64,000 nucleotides of DNA from Deltaproteobacteria bacterium. Its GTDB lineage: Bacteria > Myxococcota > Kuafuiibacteriia > Kuafuiibacteriales > Kuafuiibacteriaceae. The stretch lies in the NCBI GenBank assembly GCA_020632995.1, contig JACKEN010000001.1, positions 265,140 through 329,139 on the forward strand, given 5' to 3'. The position numbers and the translations under genes were made by a program. Shown one piece after another: positions 1-8,558 of the stretch; within the stretch, counting starts at the first letter, position 1, and the number at the start of each line of letters is the position of its first letter. The notes under the pieces were generated by a model that made no database searches, had not been told where the DNA came from, and saw only the letters and a list, made by a program, of their open reading frames with translations.

Positions 1-2340
1 CGTCGACGAGGAGGGCTACGCCGCCGGACATGAAGGCGCGGTCGGTGGTGTCGGCGCGGCGGCCGAACGCGAAGCCCTGGCCGAGGGTGCTGTTGGCGCG
101 GCCGGGGCGCTGGGCGTTGAAGTAGAGGGGGTCGCCGCCCACGTCGGGGTCGCCGGGATCCATCAGGTACTGGTCGTCGCCGGTGAGGTCGTAGACCACG
201 CCGGCCGCGCGGGCGAACGCGAAGCCCTGGCTCATGGTGTAGGCGTGGCGCACGTCGTTCCCGCCCGCGTCGTAGAGCAGGCCGATGCCGAACGCGGCGG
301 CGCCCTGAGACGCGGCCTCGGCGAAGTACTGATCGTCGCCGCCCTCGTCGAGGAGCACGCCGACCCCCACCACGCCGGTGCCCTGGGACAGGCGCAGCGA
401 CTGGTAGTGATCGCGCCCCTCGCCGATGTCGTAGAGCACCGCGATCCCCATGCGCGCGCCGCCCTGGCGGGGCACCTGGCTCAGGCTGATCGGGCCGTTG
501 TCGAGGTCGGGGGGCCGGATGGTGCGGTAGCGCCCGCCCGCGTCGGAGGGGAGGCGCCCCTGATCGCCCGCGGCGGGGGTGACCACGTAGCCGTAGACGT
601 CGTCTCCGCCGAGGTCGACGAGCACGCTGGCGGAGTTGTCGGCGCTCTGGTTCCCGCCCGCGGGGACCCGGTACTCGTCGTTCCCGCCGAGGTCGACGAG
701 GAGGGCCCAGGCCCCGTCCATGCCGGGGGCGCGCGGGTCGTAGACGCCGCTGTCACCGTCGCCGATCGCCACCCGGCCGAGGGGGGTCTCGGCCGAGAAG
801 ACGAAGGTGGCGGTGCTGGTGGCCACGCTGCTGGTGGGCACCTGGGCGAAGCGTGACAAGTCGGCTTGCGCCAAGGCCTCGAGCACGTCGACCCCGGCCC
901 CGTAGAGCTCGCCGTAGTCGATCCCGTCGTTCAGCAGCTCGCGCACGCTGTCGGAGGCCGCGTTCAGCGCGCGGCCGTCGGCGCGGGGCGCGATCCAGGC
1001 GGGGCCGTAGCTCCACAGGTCGTCGCGGGTGCTCGCGGTGGGCACCGCGGCGCGCTGGGCGAGGTGGGCCCGGCGCACCGCGTCTACGACCTGGGCCACC
1101 GCCCGCTGCAGGTCGTCCGGCACGTCGGCGGCGTCGGCGGCGAGGGCGGCGCGGTCCGCGGTGCCGCCCGCCGCCTCGATGAGCGCGGCCACCGCCTCGG
1201 CCAGGGGCTCCGTCGCCGCCACCGGGCCGGCGGGGTGGGGGAGGGCGGGGCGGTCGAGGCGCGCCGCCATGCGGGCCACCATCTTGGCCGCGCGGGCGGG
1301 GTGCGACTCGGACAGGGTGGCGTCGGCGTCGAGGTCGGCCACCATGGCCTTCATCACCTCGAGCCCCGAGAGCGGCGCGTTGTGGGCCGCGTCGTACCAG
1401 GAGAGGCGGTAGGGATCGAAGACGATGTCCCCCGGGTTCGGGGCCCAGTCGAAGATGTCGAAGATCGCCCCGCAGCGGCTGCTGCCCACGCTCGTCAACA
1501 CCTCTTGCAGCAGGTCCCGCGTGCCCGCCGGCACCGGCAGACCGTGGCAGGCGCAGCGGGCCGAGAGGCAGGCGGGCCCGCGGAGGGTCTCGGCGCACTC
1601 GAAGCCCGCACCGCAAGCCGAGTTGTCACACCGGACCGCGCAGACCCCGGGCAGGCGCGGCTCGCTCCGCACGCACACCGCGCCGGGCGTGCCCGCGCAG
1701 TCGCCGTCCACCGCGCAGGGGGCCTCTGCCGGGTCGCCGGTGCGGGCGCAGAGCTCCGCCGCGGCGACCTGGGTCGCGCGGCAGACGTCGACCCCGTCGT
1801 CGCCCGGGAGGCAGGCGTAGCCGGCGGGGCAGGGGGCGGCCGCGTCGCAGCCCCGGGTGCAGTAGCCGAGCGCGAACGCGTCGCCCTCGCAGTGCTCGAG
1901 CCCCAGGATGCAACCCGTGTTGTCACCGAAGCAGCTCGTGCCGAGGCCGGTCTGCGGGGGGAGGCAGGTCGCCCCGGGGGGTACGCAGTAGTACTGCCCT
2001 TCGCCCTGGCTGATGTCGAAGCAGGTGAAGCCATCGGGGCAGCCCTCGAGGTCCTCGTCGCAGGCGTCGGCGCAGAACGTCTCGTCCCCCGCCCGCAGGC
2101 AGAGGCCGCCCGGGCACTCGGTGTCGCAGGGCATGCAGCTGCTCTGGCCGAAGCGCACCCCGGAGTCGGGGTCGGGGCCCCCGTCCTCGGGCTCGCCCGC
2201 GTCCTCGGGCTCGCCCGCGTCGGGCCCTGCGTCGGGGTGCACCCCGGTGTCGGCGGTCTCCGCCGCGTCCGGGAGGTCGACCTCCTCGCCACAGGCGAGC
2301 AGGGGCGTGACGAGGAGCGAGAGGAGGAGGAGTCGGCGCA
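1..2340 (-). CDS. Lipoprotein (5'-partial in window, C-terminus runs off the left edge). Signal peptide MRRLLLLSLLVTPLLACG is followed by a Cys-rich domain. Then come six or more repeats of about 40 aa, each with a D-x-G-G-[ND]-D-x-Y loop (FG-GAP-like, calcium-binding type).
   Basis: I translated the minus strand manually in the frame that gives a lipobox and the repeated DLGGNDEY, DLGGDDVY, DEGGDDQY, DAGGNDV and DLTGDDQY motifs. The GTG start at 2340 is preceded by a stop-free region. The + strand ORFs 245..856 and 866..2356 are R/G/A-rich antisense artefacts. Confidence 0.6.
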
Positions 2341-2370
2341 CCGCCCGCCAGCATAGCACCAGGACCTCGA

Positions 2371-3161
2371 TGTTGAGGCGGCCGGCCGGGCGTGCTGTCA
2401 TCGACGGCGCGGTGCTGGACCTGCACAACCACGTCCTGTTCGGCCTGGACGACGGCTGCCGCACCCTCGAGGAGTCCCAGGCCCTGTGCGCCCGGGCCCG
2501 GGCGGCGGGCCACGTGGGCTTCGTGGCCACCCCCCACATCCGCCCCGGGATGTTCGAGAACGACCCCGCGGGCATCCTGCGGCGGCGCGACGAGGCGCGG
2601 GCCACGGTGGAGGCAGAGGGCCTGGAGCTGCACCTGGGGGCCGAGTACTACTTTTGTCCCGAGCTCCTGGACGGGGCCCGGCAGCGGGCGCTCCTGACCC
2701 TGGGCGAGACCAGCCGCTTCGTCCTCGTGGAGCTCCCCACCACCCGGCTCCCGGTGCGCTACGACGAGGTCCTCTACGAGATCCGACTGGCCGGCTACGT
2801 GCCGGTCATCGCCCACCCCGAGCGCGCCCAGGGGCTGCAGGACGACTTGCCGAAGGTCCTCGGCGCCCTGCGCCAGGTGGAGGTCCTCCTGCAGCTCGAC
2901 CTCGGGAGCCTCATCGGGCACTACGGCCGCGGCGCCAAGAAGGCGGCGGAGGAGCTGGTGAAGCGCGGGGCCTACCACGTGGCGGCGGGCGATCTGCACC
3001 GCCCCGACGACGTGAAGGCCATCATCCCGCCCGCCCTCGCCCGGCTGGCCAAGCTCCTGGGCAAGCGCAAGGTCGGGCCCGAGGGTGTGCGCACCCTCAC
3101 CCTCGACAACCCCCGGCGGATCCTGGCCGACGCCCCGCTCACCGACCTCGTTCCCGTGTAG
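2371..3161 (+). CDS. PHP-domain protein-tyrosine phosphatase of the CpsB/YwqE family
   Basis: The N-terminus VLDLHNHVLFGLDDG matches the metal-binding HxH...DDG motif of CpsB/YwqE manganese-dependent tyrosine phosphatases. The ATG is at 2371. The first roughly 120 codons of track ORF 2013..3161 are antisense of the neighbouring gene. Confidence 0.65.
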
Positions 3162-3182
3162 CCCCCGGCGGTCGGCTGGGCT

Positions 3183-4232
3183 ATGAGGGCCCGAGTGGAC
3201 GAGGTGGTGGAGGTCGAGCGGCCCAGGGGCAGCCTCGTCGGCTGGCTGCTGAAGGGTGGGCTGGCCCTGGGCGCCTCGGTGGGGGCCTTCTGGTGGGCGT
3301 TCCACGACGTCGACCTCACCTCGGTGACCCAGGAGCTGAAAGGCTCCAGCGTCGCGGTCCTGCTCACCTTCCTGGCGGTGCAGCTCGCCCTGCATGGGCT
3401 GCGGGTGGTCCGTTGGGGCCTGTTGATCAAGCCGCTGGGGCCCGCCACCAACCGCGCGGTGTTCGCGGCGGCCAGCGTCGGCTTCCCCGCCACCTTCTTC
3501 CTCCCCCTGCGCCTGGGTGAGTTCGTGCGCCCGGTGATGATCTCCCGCTCCGGCGTGCCGTTCGCGGGGGCGATGGCGTCGGTCGTCGTCGAGCGGGTGG
3601 CCGACGGCGTGGTGAACCTCGGCCTGTTCTTCCTGTTCCTGCGGATGCTCCCCGCCTCCGCGCCGGTGCCGGACGACCTGCGCACCTTCTCGTTGGCCGC
3701 CCTGGTGCTCTTCGGCGGCGCCCTCGTCTTCCTCGTGCTGGCCTGCGTGGCGCGCCGCCCCGCCCTGAGCCTGGTCGAGCGCCTCCTGTCCCCGATCTCC
3801 GAGACCCTGGCCTCGCGGGTCCTGGGCCTGCTGGACACCTTCATCCACGGGGTGATGGTGCTGCGCACCCCGGCCCGGATCCTCGGGTTCGTGGGCCTCT
3901 CGCTCCTGTATTGGCTCCTGAACGGCCTGGTGACCTGGTACCTGGCCCAGAGCTACATCCCGGAGCTCCCGGTGCTCGCCGGGCCCTTCACGATCTCGGT
4001 GGTGGTCTTCGCGATCATGATCCCCGCCGGTCCCGCCTTCGCCGGCACCCTCGAGGCGGGCTGCCGCTTCGGCATGGCCCCCTTCGGCATCGACGCCTCC
4101 GCCGCCGCGGTGGTGGCCCTCGCCATGCACGCCCTCCAGCTCGTGCTGATGGCAATCCTGGCCGGCGCTGGCTTCATGGCCGCGGAGTCCCGGCAGACCC
4201 ACAAGCCGGCCCCCGGTCCTGACGCGCCCTGA
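3183..4232 (+). CDS. UPF0104 / lysylphosphatidylglycerol-synthase-TM-like integral membrane protein (flippase-like)
   Basis: About 8 predicted TM segments. The composition and length (349 aa) are typical of the LPG_synthase_TM/UPF0104 family. It follows the phosphatase with a 21-bp gap. Confidence 0.55.
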   Translation: MRARVDEVVEVERPRGSLVGWLLKGGLALGASVGAFWWAFHDVDLTSVTQELKGSSVAVLLTFLAVQLALHGLRVVRWGLLIKPLGPATNRAVFAAASVGFPATFFLPLRLGEFVRPVMISRSGVPFAGAMASVVVERVADGVVNLGLFFLFLRMLPASAPVPDDLRTFSLAALVLFGGALVFLVLACVARRPALSLVERLLSPISETLASRVLGLLDTFIHGVMVLRTPARILGFVGLSLLYWLLNGLVTWYLAQSYIPELPVLAGPFTISVVVFAIMIPAGPAFAGTLEAGCRFGMAPFGIDASAAAVVALAMHALQLVLMAILAGAGFMAAESRQTHKPAPGPDAP

Positions 4233-4291
4233 GGCAGTCCGGCGCTCTGGTTTGGCCCGCGAGGCGCGCCAGCGCTACCCTGCGAGGGCAG

Positions 4292-4705
4292 GTGGTCTCG
4301 CGCCGCGATCTCTTCCCGCCCACCCGGCGGGCCGACTCCCTGGAGCCCATCGGGGCTCAGACCCTCGAGATTGGCACCTATCGGGAGTTCCGCTTCCTCC
4401 GCCAGCTGGTGGCGGCGGTGCTCGTCCTCAACCTGCTGGACGGCGTGCTGACGATGGTCTGGATCACCTCCGGCGTGGCGAGCGAGGCCAACCCCTTCAT
4501 GGAGCGGCTGGCCCACGAGCAGCCCGTGCTCTTCATGGCGGTGAAGACGGCGCTGGTGGGCCTCGGGTCGTACGTGCTGTGGAAGCAGCGCAAGCGCCCG
4601 GCCGCGGTGGTGGCCATCTTCCTGTGCTTCCTCGCCTACTACTTCGTGCTGCTCTACCACCTGCAGGCCATGGACCTGCGGCTGCTCACGCGCTGGCTGG
4701 GGTGA
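4292..4705 (+). CDS. Small DUF5658-like membrane protein
   Basis: 137 aa with TM helices and an NLLDGVLT...EANPF motif characteristic of DUF5658. Confidence 0.45.
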   Translation: MVSRRDLFPPTRRADSLEPIGAQTLEIGTYREFRFLRQLVAAVLVLNLLDGVLTMVWITSGVASEANPFMERLAHEQPVLFMAVKTALVGLGSYVLWKQRKRPAAVVAIFLCFLAYYFVLLYHLQAMDLRLLTRWLG

Positions 4706-4715
4706 GGCGAGCCGC

Positions 4716-7439
4716 CTACCGGGTGACGGTGGCGGTGAAGGTGCCCGAGTTCCCGTCGGGATCGGTGAGGCTCAGCTCCAGCCAGTAGTCGCCGGCGGGG
4801 AGGGCGTCGAGGCCCGGCACGGTGACCGAGAAGCGGGAGGTCGGGCGGGTCCGCTCGTCTTCGTAGCGCGGGCTCCCGCTCGCGTCGGTGCCGACGAGGC
4901 GCCGGCGCAGCGCGTCCGCCACCGTCACCTGGGCGCTCCCGGTCACCGGGGTCTCGGCCCCGCCCCGGGCCACGAGCCGGCCGCTCGCGGTGACGGTGGT
5001 GCCGGCGGCGAGCGGGGCGCCGAGGCGGCTGGGGACGGCCTCGGAGCGCAGCACCAGGGCGTCGTCCTCCGCCTTCATGCCGTCGCCGTCCGGTGTCAAC
5101 GCGACTTGCGGCGGGTCGAGCACCACGCCCGCGAGCGCGCCGCCGCTCGCGGTGACCTCCTCGACCACGAGGTGGGCCGAGGGCACCAGCTCGAACGCGC
5201 GGGAGGTCACGGTGTAGTCGGACACCACGGCGCCATCAAAGGCCTTGCCCTCGACCGCGAGCCGATAGCGGCCGGCGGGGAAGTCGCGGCCCTCCTGCCA
5301 GCGCACCTGCCACTGGTGGTCGTCGCACTGGGAGCGGTTGCAGGACCCCTGGTAGGTCACCATCATCTCGAAGCCGGCGTCGTCGTAGGCCCACCCGCCG
5401 GGGCGCGCCACCGGGACGAACTGCCCGCCCTCCTCGCGCTCGAGGCTGACCCGCGGCAGGTCCGCCCCGGGGTGCCCGCCCTGCCAGACGAAGCGCACCT
5501 GGCCGAGCCGCTCCACCGTCTCGGGCACGTCCACCCGGATCTCGCTCGGATCGGGGGACGCGGTGAAGGGCACCCGGGCCAGCTCCTCGTCGGTGAGCGG
5601 CCAGTACATGGGCTTGAGGTTGCGGTTGTCGATCACCCGGGCCTCGGGCTCCTTCGCCAGCTCCCGGGCGAGCTTCACCGCGTTCTCCTGCAGGTACGGG
5701 CCGAGGCGCCAGCCCCAGATGTCGCGGGAGGGCTCGTAGCCGCCCTGGAGCCAGTCGTCCTCGTTGAGGAGGTAGAAGTGGTGGTCCTGGCTGTAGCCGA
5801 TCACCGCGGTGTCGTCGACGTCCGGCAAGACGGCTTGCACCATCTCCGCCGCGTCGCGGCCGAAGTTCGACAGGGGCTCGCCCGGCATGGTGGTGAAGGC
5901 CAGCTTGCCGAGGCGCAGCACCGAGATCACCGTCTTCTGGAACTGCGGGATGGGGTGGCCGCCGGTGAGGCACTCCACGCTGAACACGCAGTTGAGGTCG
6001 CCGTCGGTGAACTTGGTGGCGGGGTCGGAGTCCTCGGGCCGGCCCTCCACGCACTGGAACGCCCCGTAGCGGAAGTAGTCGGGGGTCGCCTCGCAGGAGA
6101 CGTCGCTGTCGTAGAACGCGCCCTCCCCGTAGCCGAGGATGTCGTGGGAGATCGGGATGCGGCCGGTGACCAGGCCCACCGGCACCTCGGCGCTGGTCTG
6201 GATGCCGTCCAGCGCCGGCTCGATCACCGCCCAGGCCCGGCGCCCCACCACCTGCAGCTGCTCGTAGTTGTTGTGCTGGTGGTCGTCGCCCGAGGGCGAG
6301 ATGTCGCCCGCGTTGCCCTGGATGTAGAAGCCGAGCACCGGGCGCCCATACTTCTTGCTCGCGGCGTGGGTGAGCTCCACCTCGACCCCGCCGCCGGCGT
6401 CGCCGGTGACCACCGGGCTGTCGAAGTCGAAGATGGTGCCGTGCATGCCGAAGTTGGTGAACACCGCGCGGGGCTCCCCGTTCAGGTCGTCCACCCGCAT
6501 CACCACCATGCGGTCGTCCTTCTTGAGGTAGCCGGGGAGGTTGTCGTTCTCGCCGCGGCGGTCCCGGTGGATGCGGTTCTCGGGATCGAAGTCGTCGAGC
6601 ACCGTGTAGCCGAAGCGCGCGGGCTGGCGGTCGGCGAGGGCGAGCTCCACCGCGTCGGCGAAGGAGTCGGTCATCCGCTCGAAGACCTCGCCGCTGAACT
6701 CGCCGTACCCGAAGAAGCCGAAGCCGAGGCCGACCACGAGGTGCCAGTACCGGGCGGGCTGGGCGTGGCTGTGGGGCGCGCTCTGGACGATGCGATCGCG
6801 CACGTCGATGCCGGTGCGCAGGGCCACCTTCTCGGCCGTGCGCGCGAGGAGGAAGTCGGTGCTCCAGCAGGTCGGGGTGCGCAACAGGACGAAGAGCTCC
6901 TTGCCGTCGTCGAACGCGGCGGCCCGGACCTCGGGGCGGTCGAACCACGAGTGGGAGCCGCCGAGGCTGTCCTGGTAGGGGGTGCGGGGCCCGAGGCGGC
7001 TGCCGTAGCCGGCGAGCGACACGCCCATCGGGAAGTCCAGCGCGACCCGGGCCAGCCCGACCTGGAGCTGCCCGCGGGCGTCGCCGGTAGCGGGCATCCA
7101 GCCGGTCGCGTCGACCGGGTAACGCTCGCAGACCCCGTCGAGGCAGTGCCCGTCCGCGGGGCAGTCGTCGTCGAGCACGCAGGCGGGCAGGCACCGGTTG
7201 GTGTCCTCGTTGCAGAAGCACTTGTCGCCCTCGCACACCGGGACGGTGCGGCAGTTCCTGCGCTCCACGCAGGACGCGGTGGCGTAGCACGCGCCCTCGT
7301 AGCAGACCTGCCCGGTCGGGCACTCGTCGTGGTAGCCGCACTCGTCCTTCGGCGGGTCGGGCGGGGCGTCCTCACCGGAGCAGGCCGTAGCCCCCACCAC
7401 AAGCCCGAGGAGCCCAGACATCAGCAGCCGCGCGTACAT
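4716..7439 (-). CDS. Neutral/alkaline ceramidase-family hydrolase. Secreted or lipoprotein, with an N-terminal Cys-rich (EGF-like) domain.
   Basis: The signal peptide MYARLLMSGLLGLVVGATAC is followed by 18 Cys in about 100 aa. Then come VSLAGYGSR and SAPHSHAQP motifs, which resemble the PLMGYA and THTHSGP motifs of neutral ceramidases. The ATG at 7439 is preferred over the track start at 7478. Confidence 0.55.
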   Translation of the reverse strand: MYARLLMSGLLGLVVGATACSGEDAPPDPPKDECGYHDECPTGQVCYEGACYATASCVERRNCRTVPVCEGDKCFCNEDTNRCLPACVLDDDCPADGHCLDGVCERYPVDATGWMPATGDARGQLQVGLARVALDFPMGVSLAGYGSRLGPRTPYQDSLGGSHSWFDRPEVRAAAFDDGKELFVLLRTPTCWSTDFLLARTAEKVALRTGIDVRDRIVQSAPHSHAQPARYWHLVVGLGFGFFGYGEFSGEVFERMTDSFADAVELALADRQPARFGYTVLDDFDPENRIHRDRRGENDNLPGYLKKDDRMVVMRVDDLNGEPRAVFTNFGMHGTIFDFDSPVVTGDAGGGVEVELTHAASKKYGRPVLGFYIQGNAGDISPSGDDHQHNNYEQLQVVGRRAWAVIEPALDGIQTSAEVPVGLVTGRIPISHDILGYGEGAFYDSDVSCEATPDYFRYGAFQCVEGRPEDSDPATKFTDGDLNCVFSVECLTGGHPIPQFQKTVISVLRLGKLAFTTMPGEPLSNFGRDAAEMVQAVLPDVDDTAVIGYSQDHHFYLLNEDDWLQGGYEPSRDIWGWRLGPYLQENAVKLARELAKEPEARVIDNRNLKPMYWPLTDEELARVPFTASPDPSEIRVDVPETVERLGQVRFVWQGGHPGADLPRVSLEREEGGQFVPVARPGGWAYDDAGFEMMVTYQGSCNRSQCDDHQWQVRWQEGRDFPAGRYRLAVEGKAFDGAVVSDYTVTSRAFELVPSAHLVVEEVTASGGALAGVVLDPPQVALTPDGDGMKAEDDALVLRSEAVPSRLGAPLAAGTTVTASGRLVARGGAETPVTGSAQVTVADALRRRLVGTDASGSPRYEDERTRPTSRFSVTVPGLDALPAGDYWLELSLTDPDGNSGTFTATVTR

Positions 7440-7557
7440 CGAGGGCGGGTTGTAGGCCGGGCCGGCTGGCTTCCGCAAGCGGACGCCTGACCCCCCGGCG
7501 CGGGGGCGCGGGATTTGACTTGCAAGCGACCGGGGCGCTGCTCAAACTGCCCCGGTC

Positions 7558-7848
7558 ATGTACGAAGCCACGCTCCACTGCCACGCCTGCGGCAACGCCA
7601 TCGAGCTCATCGACAAGGTGAAGCGGGCGGACACCTGCGAGCACTGCGGGGTGGACCTGCACTGCTGCAAGAACTGCGACTTCTTCGATCCGAACGTCCA
7701 CAACCAGTGCCGGGAGTCGACCACGATGTGGGAGCCCGACAAGGAGAAGGCCAACTTCTGCACCTACTTCATCCCGAGGAAGGGCGAGGTGGACCGCGAG
7801 AACAAGACCGCCGCCCTGTCTGCCCTCGAGAGCCTCTTCAAGAAGTAG
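7558..7848 (+). CDS. Small zinc-ribbon protein (Cys-rich; CxxC, CxxC and CCxxC motifs)
   Basis: 96 aa with 9 Cys in CxxC spacing. Codon usage is clean and GC is lower than the surroundings. It ends in a hydrophilic C-terminus. Confidence 0.5.
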   Translation: MYEATLHCHACGNAIELIDKVKRADTCEHCGVDLHCCKNCDFFDPNVHNQCRESTTMWEPDKEKANFCTYFIPRKGEVDRENKTAALSALESLFKK

Positions 7849-7931
7849 GGCGCCGGTTCACCGGCGGCTTCCAGAAACGAATTTCCTTGGCCCGCTCGCT
7901 GAGATTTGCTATCTCGGCACCCCTCTGGCGG

Positions 7932-8005
7932 TGGTGGGGTAGCTCAGCCGGTTAGAGCGAGGGTCTCATAAGCCCTAGGTCGGCGGTTCAAGTCCGCCTC
8001 CCACC
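7932..8005 (+). tRNA. tRNA-Met (anticodon CAT; could alternatively be a lysidine-modified tRNA-Ile2)
   Basis: Manual fold. The acceptor GGTGGGG pairs with TCCCACC. The D-arm is GCTC/GAGC. The anticodon stem AGGGT/GCCCT carries the loop CTCATAA. The T-arm is GGCGG/CCGCC with TTCAAGT. The discriminator is A and there is no encoded CCA. Confidence 0.85.
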
Positions 8006-8260
8006 ACGCCCCTTTCCCCTCCCAATCTGCGGTGCTCGAGGCGGCCAACGCGAGCCGTTACGCCTCGCCTCGTCTCCGTTCCAGGACCGAAACGACATCG
8101 AGCCGCCGGGCCCGATCTACCGCGCCACGCCGCGCCGCCGTGTCGATCTCGAAGCGGTGGCGCGGGCGCCGGGGCGTACCGGTGCCGTAGTGCGCGGGGG
8201 GACATTACCGGCCCGTGACGAAACCGTCTCTTTGGGCCATTCGCCCGAATCCGGGGATGC

Positions 8261-8276
8261 TGGCTTGGCGCTTGCT
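8261..8276 (+). promoter_or_regulatory. Candidate sigma-54 (RpoN) -24/-12 promoter, TGGCttggcgcTTGCt, upstream of the cytochrome gene
   Basis: GG and GC are spaced exactly as in the TGGCAC-N5-TTGC consensus. The site lies in a 550-bp non-coding region, 283 nt upstream of the start codon at 8559. Confidence 0.3.
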
Positions 8277-8558
8277 ATGCCGGCGAGTGCGCGAGTCCAA
8301 GAACCGCGCGAAGCCCCGCGGTGCGGGGCACAACGCCCGAGGTAGCACGGAGTATGAGGACGTCGGAGACAGGACGCTACGGAGTCGGAACCTCACGTGA
8401 GCGCTACTGTATTTCTGATCGTGGCCGATTCTCTGCACCCGGCAACACGAGGCCCCCGTCGGGGTCGTCCACCCGGCCGAAGGCAAGCCTGCAGGGGGTC
8501 CGAACTCCGAAGGCGCACCGACGACCGGGCAGACATGTCAGTCAGTGAGAGGTCATTC

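Noticed and set aside
866-2356. Many very long ORFs in alternative frames or on the opposite strand of real genes. Examples are 866..2356 +, 1923..4202 -, 5106..7490 +, 5236..7341 -, 8553..11042 -, 14265..17861 +, 17603..19183 -, 24000..25478 -, 24131..26188 +, 25732..30960 +, 30866..33094 +, 41061..45125 +, 41590..45414 - and 52729..54456 +.
   Set aside because: Their translations are dominated by Arg, Gly, Ala and Pro, with no motifs. They are expected in DNA of about 70% GC, where stop codons are rare. In every case another frame or strand over the same DNA gives a recognisable protein: aaRS, kinases, cytochrome, flotillin and others.
7490-7557. TTGACT hexamer and a CCCCCGGCGCGGGGG palindrome between the divergent ceramidase-like and zinc-ribbon genes
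   Set aside because: No convincing -10 element lies at the right spacing. The palindrome lies upstream of both genes, so it is not a terminator. I could not assign a function.
7932-8558. tRNA-Met followed by 550 bp of non-coding DNA, as a possible integration site of a mobile element
   Set aside because: No integrase or recombinase is present. There is no direct repeat of the tRNA 3' end and no cargo genes. The downstream gene is a chromosomal-type cytochrome. The region is more likely just a regulatory leader.
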